Positions 8,906 through 17,484 of a DNA stretch of 25,718 bases are shown in pieces. Source of the stretch: a virus (lineage: Duplodnaviria; Caudoviricetes); IMG/VR virus record IMGVR_UViG_3300016265_001151, positions 1 to 25,718 of that record; one strand, given 5' to 3'. Under the pieces are notes generated by a model. The model saw nothing but the letters and a program-made list of their open reading frames with translations. It did no database searches and had not been told where the DNA came from. Made by a program: the position numbers and the translations under genes. Each line of letters begins with the position of its first letter. Position 1 is the stretch's first letter.

Positions 8906-11900
8906 CAGATGCCGACTCCTCTACGTGTGGCGGCGCTGTTTTTCAGGCTGCGCATGGCGCGGCGTTCACCCTGGATTGCGCCCTGGTGGGCGGCTTGCGC
9001 CATGCCGCGTTGGAACTGGTCGGCGGTGACGTAGTCCACGTTGTTGATCCGTTCGATGCTGTAGCGCACGTCGATCGGTTCCATTGTGGCCGCACCCACT
9101 GCTGCCAGCGATGCGCTGTCACCTTCTGCTGCAGCAGCGGCAGAGCCAGGAGTGGAGCGATAGCGCTTCATTGCACCATCCAGGCGAGCAGCAACGCCAA
9201 GCTTGCCGTCGGCGCCACGCTTAAGCGGCATGATCGCTTCAGGGCCAGCCTCGCCCATCACGCCATTACTGAAAGCGCCACCGTTTGCGTACTTGAAGAA
9301 GGTCGGCTTGGTGACAATCCCGCCCATTGCGAACGGTTGAATGCCGTTCCGAGCAAACGCCGCTCCATTGGCGGCCGGGAGCAAGCTTGGACCCGTGAAT
9401 ACTGATGGGTTGAAGCCGGCCTGACCACTACTGAAAACACCGCTGTAATTAGGAGCGGCACCTCCGCCACTAAGCCCCACTCCAAGCGCTTTCATAATGG
9501 TGCCATAAAGAATCATCGCAATTTGCTGTGCAATAATTTGCTGCGCCATATCCAAGAAATGCTTGCCAATTGATGCCATCAAGTCAGCAAGTGCTTGCTT
9601 CGCTGATTTAGAGCCTGTAATTGTTTCAATAAATGCGTTGGAGAACGCCTCTCCTATCTGCATTGCACCAGCATGAACTTGATTTTCAAGAGAAATCATT
9701 TCCTCTAATTGCTTCCGCATCTCCTGGAAGCGCTCAGCTTCCGGTGTCATGAATTCCTGCGGTTGATAGATCTGCTCGCCGCCGGCAAAATTGGCAGCGC
9801 CAGCCTGGCCGTAATCGAAAACGCCAATAGCAGCGCGACGACCGGCCTGACGCATTTGAGGCGTCAAGCCCATTGCTTCTAAGATTTGACGCTGAAGACC
9901 GAGCTCTTCCGTGATCGCCTTCTCCGCCTCAAGCTGAAGCTCTTTATATTCAATTTGATTTCTGGATATTTCTTCTGCAGTCTTAGAAACATCAAGTCCT
10001 TGCTTCAGTCCCTGAACGCGCAAATCCTCCAAGCGTTCTCTCGTTTCATTTAAGTGTGTTTGCTTGATATCAATCCCGAGCTGCTTTTGTTTTAGGTCTA
10101 AAATTTCAAATTCAATTCTGTCTGCTTCTCTGCTCACTAACTCCTGGCGCTGCCTTTCAAGCGTGGTCAACTCTTCAAGCTGAAGCGTCCGCAAGCCAAC
10201 GTCTTGCAAACGCATTGCATTGCGAAGATTTTCTTCGTATAAGCGTTGAGCTTCACGAGCGGCTTTTTCTGCCTCTTTGTCCGCTTTGCCCTTGGCGCCA
10301 TCACCAGCAATATCTGGGAACTGGGTCAAGGCAGGGCCTGCTGCGGCCGTAGGCGCATTTGGCAGTCGATTCAACAAGGTTTCGCGCCTTGACCGCATTA
10401 GCTGCAGCGCAGCAAAATCACGCTTTAACTGCGCTTCTAGCTGTCCACGCTGTCCAGAGACAGCCGCTTGTGCAATTCCAGGCATTGCCTGAAGCAGCGA
10501 CAACTGTTTCCTGGTTCCTTCGATTGACTTATTAAGCCTTTCGGTTTCCTTAGCATTTGCGCTTATTTCCGACCTAAGGGCAGACTGCGTAGCTGCCTCT
10601 CCGCCAAGGCCCCTTAGGTATTCCTCGCCAGTCGCTTGCTCTCGAATCGTCTGTGTTTGATTTTTTAGATTCCTAATTTTCAACAATTTAGAGATAACTG
10701 CATCTGCGCCCACAACAGCAACCGTGATAACCAAAGGCGCGACAAGCGATGCCGCAACCGCTCTAACAGTTGCCCCGAAAGCCATGATCCGAGTCTGAGC
10801 TGCAGCCGCCTGAGCGGTGCTAGCTGCGAATCCGCTTTGCAAAGATAGGAACAGAGTTGTAATTGGCCCCTGCATCGCCTGCAATGCCTTCAGGGCAAGA
10901 GTGACACCAGCAAGCTTTGCAGCGAATTCAATAACAGCACCAATTTGCGATGCATTGTCAATAATAAACTTGATCCCATCCCCGACTGCTTTAGCTGCCG
11001 CAACAAGACCTGGGGTGATATTTACGATGAAATCAGCAAAGGCTTCTTGGAATTGTGCGCCAACCGGCTGAAGCGTTTCGCCAATTGCAATCTTCATGTC
11101 ATTGAACGCCACCGTCAGACGTGCGCCTGCATCCTGACTAGAATCCGCAATTTGATTGGCAGTGCCGGAATATTCATCGCCAAGTTGAACGATGAAATTC
11201 ATCAGTTCATTCAATCCAACCTGACCTTGCTCAAGAGCTTTTTGCAGCTCAGGTAGCGTCATCTCGTTCGCTTGGGCAAACTTTGTAACTGCACCGGGCA
11301 AGCGCTCGCCAAGCTGACCGCTTAACTCTTCTGCGCTTACTTTGCCCTTCGAGAACACCTGCACCATTGCTGTAATGGCACCATCGACGTCCTGCGCAGA
11401 GCCGCCAGTTGCTTTGATCGCAGCAGTGACGTTTTTAAATACAAGCTCGGCATCGGTGACCTGACCGCCTGCGCCCCTTACAGCAGCAGTCAGCTTGGTC
11501 ATATTCTGAATCGCAACATCTTGCGGCACGTTCAGGTTGCGCACCGCAAAATTCGCCGCAGCAACAGCTTGATTGAATTGATCTTGACTGCCAGCAGCAT
11601 CTCGCAGCGCAATCTGCATCTTCTGGATCTGTGCTGCATAGTCAGCAAATCCACCAAGCTGCTGCCTAAACATGCCAACTTGCGCACCTGCAGCGGCACC
11701 AGCAAATGCTCCGCCCACACCACCAAACACACCACCAAGCGCGCCACCAAGGAAGCCTTCAGGCCCGCCAAAGATGCCGCCACTTAATGCTGCGCCAGCG
11801 GCTTGAGCGACTTGCATTCCGCCCATACGACCGCGCCCGCCAAGCTGACGAGTCTCAAGCTCTTTGTCAATATTTCTAATGCTACGAACAATGCGCTTTT

Positions 11901-13950
11901 CTGTTGCCTCGAATCCTGCTGCTAATGGATTTAAGTCAAGCCGTAATTCCTGCAACGACTGTCGAACAAGCTGCAATTCACGAGTTGTTCCTTTTCGGAA
12001 TGATTCGAAATCAGGAAGATCAGCAGTGCCAAATCCACCCCTAATGCGCGAAATGTATTCAGAAGGCGCTTCGGTGCCACCAGGCAACATCGAAGTCGGC
12101 GTTTGACCAAGAGGAATACGAGCAAAAGCACGCTTAACTTCTTGCGATCCATCGGCAAAATCAATTGCTGCTTGCCTGAGCTTTCTTTCGGCTTCAAGAA
12201 AGCCATCTCCAGTTTTATCTGTCTTTCGTCCAAAATTGGCAATAATTTCTTGAAGGCTGGCAGCGGGAGCCTCGATCCTTTGCCTATAAATAGCAGGATC
12301 TTCTCCTGGTGCAGGGAACATTCCAGCCGGTGTTTTTCCTAAGGCAATTTGCTCAAATCTTTCCCGGACTTTGCGCGAGCCTCCAGCGAATTCAATTGCT
12401 GCTTCACGGAGCTGACGTTCGGATTCCAGGAATCCGTCTCCAGCTCTATCAAGATCAGAATTAAATACGCTGACAATGTCGGCAAGCGCCTGCTGAGGGG
12501 TTTTGCCCATGCGCGCCTGCTCGCTAGCCGCACGACGAGTTCCAATATCAACAATCCCCTGGTACAAAGGAGACAGCTCGCGCCCTTCAAGGCCAAGCAT
12601 TCCTTTGATTGCAGTTTGCTTTTGAAGCAATTGATCGCGCTGTTTAAGGTTTTGATCAAACAACGCAAGCTCTTCTTCAAACCTTCGCTGCTGAGCTCGC
12701 AGAGACTGATTATGCTGTCTATCTAAAATTTCATTTTGAGTCGCAGCCCCTTTTGCGGCAATTTCAGCTTTATTGACCTGATGATCTTCAAAAAGTTTTT
12801 CAATATCTAAATATGCGTCTTGCCAACGGTTAAACAAAACACCAATTTCACCGACCGCCTCTTGATCGACAATTCGATTTCTGGCGCGCTGCATTGCTTT
12901 TTGAGTGCCGGGATCATAAGCACCCTCTGCGGCGCGAGCGCGAACATCGGCGGAAAATGCGCCAAAGCCAGATCGACCGAGGACTTCACGCGCAGCGGAG
13001 GCACGCTGCCTCGTAGCCATTGCGGCTAGCTCTTCCGTAGTCGTAATTTCAACAACTGTATTTTTAAGTCGACGATTAAGATCAATTAACTCAATCGTCA
13101 GCGCGCGCCTACGCTCGTATCCAGTTACGTTTGCGAGCTCTTGATTGACCTCCGAAATTCTTTGTTGCAGGCCAGCAGTCGTTTCAGGAAGCGGAAGCGC
13201 CTGTGCACGACTTTGCACAAATCGCTCAAAAAGACCGCTCTCGAACATCTGGTTGGCAGCCCTTACTTGCTGCCTACCGGTAGTTGTTGCCTGAACAGCA
13301 CTGACAAGGTTAATTCTTTGCAGTGTTTCTAAATATTCATCACTTGTAATTTTAAGCGTATTCATGGTACGCCTTAAAGTTTCAATCTGCCTTACTTGTT
13401 TTTCTACGCTTGCTGCTGGAATCTGATTCAAAGCGAGCGCAAATGCTTGCGCTTCACTGCGAACTTTGATTAGCTTTTCGTCTACTCTTTCAATATCTTT
13501 ACTAAGCTGAATAAAAGCAGCAGATCCAGGTCGTGTTTGCTGCTGAAGTCTGCCAAGCGCTTCGGCTTGTTTGCGCAATGCATCCGCATTACCTTGCGAA
13601 GCAGCAGTTGATCTCAGGATGGCATCACGTTGACGATTTATTGCAGCAGTAGAGCCACTTAATTCAATTTCAAGCCTTTTAATGTCTTCGGTAAGTTTTA
13701 TAAAAGTCGCACCATTGATTTCTGCCTGTGATTTCAGGCCACGAAATGCCTCAAGTTGACCACGAATAACTTGCTCACTTTTTCCGCTTGCCTCGCCAAA
13801 GTCAAGTATGCTTTTGCGCGCCTTCTGAATTGTTGCGTCAGATGGACCAATGGACCTTTCAAGCTCGCGAAACGAACTCTTCAGCTTGTCCAGGCCCTCG
13901 GCGCCCTGGATGCCAAGCTTGACGAGAATTTCGCTTACCTGTTTAGCCAT
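8905..13950 (-). CDS. Tail tape measure protein (1681 aa)
   Basis: Very long, Ala/Gln/Glu-rich and helical. Tape-measure core QVFSKGKVSAEELSGQLGERLPGA, Gly-rich hydrophobic segments, C-terminal FAMGGIVTKPT...MGEAGPEAIMPLKRG. Follows the chaperone pair. Confidence 0.95.
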   Translation of the reverse strand: MAKQVSEILVKLGIQGAEGLDKLKSSFRELERSIGPSDATIQKARKSILDFGEASGKSEQVIRGQLEAFRGLKSQAEINGATFIKLTEDIKRLEIELSGSTAAINRQRDAILRSTAASQGNADALRKQAEALGRLQQQTRPGSAAFIQLSKDIERVDEKLIKVRSEAQAFALALNQIPAASVEKQVRQIETLRRTMNTLKITSDEYLETLQRINLVSAVQATTTGRQQVRAANQMFESGLFERFVQSRAQALPLPETTAGLQQRISEVNQELANVTGYERRRALTIELIDLNRRLKNTVVEITTTEELAAMATRQRASAAREVLGRSGFGAFSADVRARAAEGAYDPGTQKAMQRARNRIVDQEAVGEIGVLFNRWQDAYLDIEKLFEDHQVNKAEIAAKGAATQNEILDRQHNQSLRAQQRRFEEELALFDQNLKQRDQLLQKQTAIKGMLGLEGRELSPLYQGIVDIGTRRAASEQARMGKTPQQALADIVSVFNSDLDRAGDGFLESERQLREAAIEFAGGSRKVRERFEQIALGKTPAGMFPAPGEDPAIYRQRIEAPAASLQEIIANFGRKTDKTGDGFLEAERKLRQAAIDFADGSQEVKRAFARIPLGQTPTSMLPGGTEAPSEYISRIRGGFGTADLPDFESFRKGTTRELQLVRQSLQELRLDLNPLAAGFEATEKRIVRSIRNIDKELETRQLGGRGRMGGMQVAQAAGAALSGGIFGGPEGFLGGALGGVFGGVGGAFAGAAAGAQVGMFRQQLGGFADYAAQIQKMQIALRDAAGSQDQFNQAVAAANFAVRNLNVPQDVAIQNMTKLTAAVRGAGGQVTDAELVFKNVTAAIKATGGSAQDVDGAITAMVQVFSKGKVSAEELSGQLGERLPGAVTKFAQANEMTLPELQKALEQGQVGLNELMNFIVQLGDEYSGTANQIADSSQDAGARLTVAFNDMKIAIGETLQPVGAQFQEAFADFIVNITPGLVAAAKAVGDGIKFIIDNASQIGAVIEFAAKLAGVTLALKALQAMQGPITTLFLSLQSGFAASTAQAAAAQTRIMAFGATVRAVAASLVAPLVITVAVVGADAVISKLLKIRNLKNQTQTIREQATGEEYLRGLGGEAATQSALRSEISANAKETERLNKSIEGTRKQLSLLQAMPGIAQAAVSGQRGQLEAQLKRDFAALQLMRSRRETLLNRLPNAPTAAAGPALTQFPDIAGDGAKGKADKEAEKAAREAQRLYEENLRNAMRLQDVGLRTLQLEELTTLERQRQELVSREADRIEFEILDLKQKQLGIDIKQTHLNETRERLEDLRVQGLKQGLDVSKTAEEISRNQIEYKELQLEAEKAITEELGLQRQILEAMGLTPQMRQAGRRAAIGVFDYGQAGAANFAGGEQIYQPQEFMTPEAERFQEMRKQLEEMISLENQVHAGAMQIGEAFSNAFIETITGSKSAKQALADLMASIGKHFLDMAQQIIAQQIAMILYGTIMKALGVGLSGGGAAPNYSGVFSSGQAGFNPSVFTGPSLLPAANGAAFARNGIQPFAMGGIVTKPTFFKYANGGAFSNGVMGEAGPEAIMPLKRGADGKLGVAARLDGAMKRYRSTPGSAAAAAEGDSASLAAVGAATMEPIDVRYSIERINNVDYVTADQFQRGMAQAAHQGAIQGERRAMRSLKNSAATRRGVGI

Positions 13951-14290
13951 CCTTGTCCTTGGCCAATTCGCTTAATGCTGCAGCCTCCATGGTCTGGAGG
14001 TCTTCAAGCATGTCGCGGCGATTCTCCACATTGTAGAGGTCGAACAATCCTCCAGGACAAAGAAGCACGTCATATCGCAAGCCCATATATCCGGCCATCG
14101 TCGTGGTCCACTGCGTCTGCATACGCAGGAACATCATCACAGAATCCCAGTTTTCTTCCCAAACTTCGCAATCGCTGGATCGCTCAGCAGGTTGCTCCGG
14201 GAGGACGATGCCAAACACAGCAGCGTCCTCCTTCGTTTTGTCTTCTACTCTCTTGCCGCCGCCAGCCCAATAGACGGCAGCATCTTTTAG
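13943..14290 (-). CDS. Tail assembly chaperone, C-terminal frameshift extension (gpT-equivalent, DUF1799-like)
   Basis: The -1 frame is open from the slippery site: LKDAAVYWAGGGKRVEDKTKEDAAVFGIVLP...EVWEENWDSVMMFLRMQTQW...GLRYDVL...LQTMEAAAL. Confidence 0.85.
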   Translation of the reverse strand, partial: LKDAAVYWAGGGKRVEDKTKEDAAVFGIVLPEQPAERSSDCEVWEENWDSVMMFLRMQTQWTTTMAGYMGLRYDVLLCPGGLFDLYNVENRRDMLEDLQTMEAAALSELAKDKDG

Positions 14291-14613
14291 TTTCCCTGGC
14301 GACCGCCGTCAAAAGTCTCGGTATAAGCCTTCAGCACACCGCGAATCCAATATGGGTCATCGCTGAACTCGCGCATTGCTTCAAGCGAAAACGGGATCTC
14401 TTTGCCGTCTTCGTCAAGAATTCCTTCCCAGCCAACCATGATCACCTTCAGAAGATCCAGTTCGCCTTTTTCGCCAAGCTTCTGGAACTCTTTACGTCCA
14501 ACACGCTTGAATTTTGCGTCAAACGTTGCAGTGTCAAAGGTGCCGCCATCACTCGGCTCCTCGATGGAGACAGGCCAAGAGAAAACCTTTACCTTTTTAC
14601 GGACAAATGCCAT
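14287..14613 (-). CDS. Tail assembly chaperone (gpG-equivalent, 108 aa)
   Basis: Start reassigned to MAFVRKK (ATG 14613), since the longer ORF crosses a terminator. Contains VGWEGILDEDGKEIPFS, ends in GN-stop at the slippery site, and lies between tube and TMP. Confidence 0.85.
   Translation of the reverse strand: MAFVRKKVKVFSWPVSIEEPSDGGTFDTATFDAKFKRVGRKEFQKLGEKGELDLLKVIMVGWEGILDEDGKEIPFSLEAMREFSDDPYWIRGVLKAYTETFDGGRQGN
14290..14296 (-). promoter_or_regulatory. Programmed -1 ribosomal frameshift site G GGA AAC
   Basis: X XXY YYZ heptamer immediately before TAA. The -1 frame matches ORF 13943..14218 (offset 72 nt, no stops). Confidence 0.9.
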
Positions 14614-14650
14614 GCGTAATGCACGCGATACTGCAACAGCATACACCCAA

Positions 14651-14676
14651 TAAAAAAGGGCCGCATTACCGGCCCT
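14651..14676 (-). terminator. Rho-independent terminator after the tail tube gene
   Basis: Minus strand GGGCCG-GTAATG-CGGCCC followed by TTTTTT, about 22 nt after the stop. Confidence 0.85.
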
Positions 14677-14698
14677 CATCATCCGTCTGTCCAACGAA

Positions 14699-15634
14699 TC
14701 AAGTGTAGACGAGGCTGAACTCATCGTTACCTGCGGTTGAGGGCACGCAGGTGTAGGGGATCGTCAGCATGTGGATGCCGTCTTGATCGCTGTAGCTGAC
14801 ATCGCCAATGTCGACCTTGGTGGAAACAAAGTCAACGATGTTACCAGCAGTCTGACCATGCTGGAATAGCAGGTTGCCCAGCGTTCCATCGCTCAGAGCG
14901 GCAGTGAAATAGTCCTTCTGAGCAATGGTGGGTGCTTCAATGGTGACACTACCAGTGCTAGCGCGATCAGTCAGTAGCACCTGCTTGGTGCAATTGATCA
15001 GGTCGCGATACACCAGAGTGTTGCCGACATCGAAGGTCACCGACTGCAGGCAACCGCTGTAAGACAGCAACTGGAAGTCAGTCGTGTTGCCATTCCTGGC
15101 AATCACTGGGTTGGCTTGATCGGCGTAAGTAACCGAAGGAGCGGCAGTATCGGTTGGGGCGTTGTAGACACCAGTGAAAGTGAAATCAATGGTGGGAATT
15201 TCACCAACAGCCAGGTTCAGAGTGAAAGTGCCCCGCGCGCCAGTTACTTTGTGCAGCAAGCCATCGATGTTGTAATAGATGGTGCAGCTACCAAAGCTTG
15301 CGCTCACCGGTGCGTAGGTCACACTGGTAGTCGCAACAATGGTCTCGCTCATGCCACAGGCAAGCAAAGCTTTGCCATAGCGAGGGGCAGTGCCAGCGGT
15401 GCCAGAACCAGCGAGCTCAACGCTGAACGTGCACTCAACACGAGTGTTGGCCAGCAATTGCTGAGATGCGCCCAGATAAGGACGAATCAGCTCACGGCTA
15501 ACAACATCACTCTGCAGAGGAGTGATATTCAGATCGCGAACCAGAATGGCGTCGGCGCCGGTCGGAGTCGGATCCGTGCCGTACGTTCCCTCCGTCTCCA
15601 GAAGGATCAGGCGTTTCCGAGTTAGAAGGGGCAT
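14699..15634 (-). CDS. Major tail tube protein (311 aa)
   Basis: Between the tail terminator and the chaperones and followed by a terminator. N-terminal ETEGTYGTDP; Thr/Ser/Gly-rich beta character; GAGG upstream. Confidence 0.85.
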   Translation of the reverse strand: MPLLTRKRLILLETEGTYGTDPTPTGADAILVRDLNITPLQSDVVSRELIRPYLGASQQLLANTRVECTFSVELAGSGTAGTAPRYGKALLACGMSETIVATTSVTYAPVSASFGSCTIYYNIDGLLHKVTGARGTFTLNLAVGEIPTIDFTFTGVYNAPTDTAAPSVTYADQANPVIARNGNTTDFQLLSYSGCLQSVTFDVGNTLVYRDLINCTKQVLLTDRASTGSVTIEAPTIAQKDYFTAALSDGTLGNLLFQHGQTAGNIVDFVSTKVDIGDVSYSDQDGIHMLTIPYTCVPSTAGNDEFSLVYT

Positions 15635-15746
15635 TGGAAATTACCTCTTGTGGAACAGGTGGCAGCGTCCGCTTAACGAGAGTGCGGATGCCTGTCTCGG
15701 GGTCAAGGATGTACGAGCCACCTTGCCCTTGAAACTCATCAATCAC
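15507..15746 (-). CDS. Small hypothetical protein upstream of, and overlapping, the tail tube gene
   Basis: Fills the gap after the terminator gene. MIDEFQGQGGSYILDPETGIRTLVKRT looks like a compact beta-hairpin peptide; the C-terminal half overlaps the tube ORF by 128 nt and looks disordered. Confidence 0.6.
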   Translation of the reverse strand: MIDEFQGQGGSYILDPETGIRTLVKRTLPPVPQEVISNAPSNSETPDPSGDGGNVRHGSDSDRRRRHSGSRSEYHSSAE

Positions 15747-15771
15747 TGTAAATCGCGCGGCTTATCAGACT

Positions 15772-16197
15772 CTACGTCGCCAAACTTGCCACAGTTGTGC
15801 GATATTGAACGATATAATCATTGAAGATTACTCCTGCAGGCTGATCCGCGTCCAGCATGTTGTACGTCACTTCATCCGGCTGCACGTCAATCGCATAACC
15901 GCCAAGCGTCAGATCAGCGACCATCTTGGCGTGCATGCTTTCAATAATTGGATCGGCCAATTGATCTGGCGTGTCACCGCGCACGATCACCGTTACGCGC
16001 ACACGCATGCGCCAATCTAATGTCGGCAAGCTTGTGTTTTGCGTTGGCGTATCACTGATCGGCTCAATCACAATTGCAGGCGACTCAGCGCGCTGCATCG
16101 CAGTGACTCTGCTGCGATACACGCGACCACTTACGCCCGCAGTGCTAGCTAGTGCGTTTGCAATCGCACTCAGGATCTGTTCGCGCTTAGTGGTCAT
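15772..16197 (-). CDS. Tail terminator / tail completion protein (gpU-like, 141 aa)
   Basis: Start reassigned to MTTKREQIL. Contains RVYRSR...PAIVIEP..D...ADLTLGG...YIVQYRT; position before the tube gene. Confidence 0.8.
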   Translation of the reverse strand: MTTKREQILSAIANALASTAGVSGRVYRSRVTAMQRAESPAIVIEPISDTPTQNTSLPTLDWRMRVRVTVIVRGDTPDQLADPIIESMHAKMVADLTLGGYAIDVQPDEVTYNMLDADQPAGVIFNDYIVQYRTTVASLAT

Positions 16198-16357
16198 TGA
16201 ATCCTCGCTTTGGAAGCGGACCAAACGCGCCAGGATCGACCTGCTTGGTCACAATTGATTTCGCTCGATAATAAATATAGCTATCTGTCTTTCCAGCCTC
16301 TTCCAACGCTTGCATGACCTTGACCCAATTTTTAAACGTGTCGCGATCCATGTTCAT
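16187..16357 (-). CDS. Small hypothetical protein (about 55 aa)
   Basis: MNMDRDTFKNWVKVMQALEEAGKTDSYIYYRAKSIV is predicted helical, fills the gap exactly, and is more AT-rich than its neighbours. Start is ATG 16357 or 16351. Confidence 0.65.
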   Translation of the reverse strand: MNMDRDTFKNWVKVMQALEEAGKTDSYIYYRAKSIVTKQVDPGAFGPLPKRGFNDH

Positions 16358-16365
16358 AATTACAA

Positions 16366-17013
16366 TCAATAAATGCCTTCATCCATATTGTCAGTAATTC
16401 CTGGCCCCATCACAACTAAAGCCCCCGTATTGCTATTGCCTCTTGTAACACGGCCGATCACTTGACCGTTGACTGGCGCGGTTGTTGTGAAGCCACCACC
16501 ATTTGCCACGTATAAAGGAGAATTAACAGCATAACCATTTGTATCCATCTGCGTAATTTCACCTGAGATCACAACATGCCCATCAGCGCCAGCAGTCAGC
16601 GCTTGATCAAGAATGCCAATTGCAGGCATCTTGGTCAAATCCGACGCATCAGCCGCGGCCACGATCACATTGGCTGTATTGCCAACATTGCCAGTGATGT
16701 AAACAGGGGTACCCTTCGCCAGTGTCCCTGCGGTGCCATTGCGACAATGGATATAAACAGGGCCAGCAAGCGCGCCGTGAATATGCGGAAGAGTTGCTAC
16801 GCCAGTGACGGAAAGCGTAGTAAATTGTGGATTATCATTTTCCAGCCCCTGTACGTACAGCAACGAATTCCAGGCTGTGGATCCATTGCCCAGCTTTAAC
16901 TTGCGCGTATCAGTTTCAATGCCAGCCTCACCCGCCAGCAGTACCGGGTTCGCCGCAGTCCACGCAGCAGCAGTCCCGTTACGAAGCTTGAACCGGGTAA
17001 TCGTGTCGCTCAT
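16366..17013 (-). CDS. Neck/head appendage fibre with Mtd N-terminal-like domain (215 aa)
   Basis: RFKLRNGTAAAWTAANPVLLAGEAGIETDTRKLKLGNGSTAWNSLLY is the major-tropism-determinant N-terminal-type motif. It is followed by HIH and a KGTPVY...AADAS...PAIGI beta domain. ATGA overlap with the upstream gene. Confidence 0.8.
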   Translation of the reverse strand: MSDTITRFKLRNGTAAAWTAANPVLLAGEAGIETDTRKLKLGNGSTAWNSLLYVQGLENDNPQFTTLSVTGVATLPHIHGALAGPVYIHCRNGTAGTLAKGTPVYITGNVGNTANVIVAAADASDLTKMPAIGILDQALTAGADGHVVISGEITQMDTNGYAVNSPLYVANGGGFTTTAPVNGQVIGRVTRGNSNTGALVVMGPGITDNMDEGIY

Positions 17014-17426
17014 GGCACTCCGCCGTCAAGAACATTACCGTCGATATAAACGGTCCCAGGACCGCCTCCATCAAGGATAACCATGCTCTCCGTATCAACT
17101 CCATCTCCATCAAGCACCACAGCCGACACCGCAGCCAACACAGGTGTCGCACTTCGCTGCAGCATCAGATCGCAAAACTTACCGTCATCAAGCAACTCAA
17201 CATTGCGCACCGTATAAGGCAATCCATCAACATTGACACCAGCGCCATACTGCAAGTCACCAAACAAGCTCGCAAGGCAGGTGACCTTGTAATCAGTGGT
17301 CATCACCACGCCATCAGCGATCATCTCGCTTGGCATATCCAAAATCCCTAAGCCACTTGCAGATCCAGCCGAAATCGGAACGCCGAAATCGGCCAAGAAT
17401 ACGCCCAGGTCTTCGGTGAATGCCAT
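17010..17426 (-). CDS. Head-tail joining / head closure protein (gpFII-like) with C-terminal LDG repeats (138 aa)
   Basis: Start reassigned to MAFTEDLGVFLADFG. Contains GILDMP...YG..V.VDG..YTVR....DDG.F..L.L, plus an acidic tail VLDGDG/ILDGGG/VLDGGVP. Confidence 0.75.
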   Translation of the reverse strand: MAFTEDLGVFLADFGVPISAGSASGLGILDMPSEMIADGVVMTTDYKVTCLASLFGDLQYGAGVNVDGLPYTVRNVELLDDGKFCDLMLQRSATPVLAAVSAVVLDGDGVDTESMVILDGGGPGTVYIDGNVLDGGVP

Positions 17427-17437
17427 ACAAACAGCAT

Positions 17438-17468
17438 AAAGCCCCAGGCCGCCGAAGCAACCCAGGGC
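17438..17468 (-). terminator. Hairpin / probable terminator after the capsid gene block
   Basis: GCCCTGGGTTGC-TTCG-GCGGCCTGGGGC forms a 12-bp stem with G-U pairs and a cUUCGg loop, followed by a short TTT. Confidence 0.65.
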
Positions 17469-17484
17469 CAATAAAGTACGCCTA

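Noticed and set aside
16366-17013. Diversity-generating retroelement suggested by the Mtd-like domain
   Set aside because: Only the N-terminal anchoring domain is present. No C-type lectin variable region, template repeat or reverse transcriptase is visible in the window.
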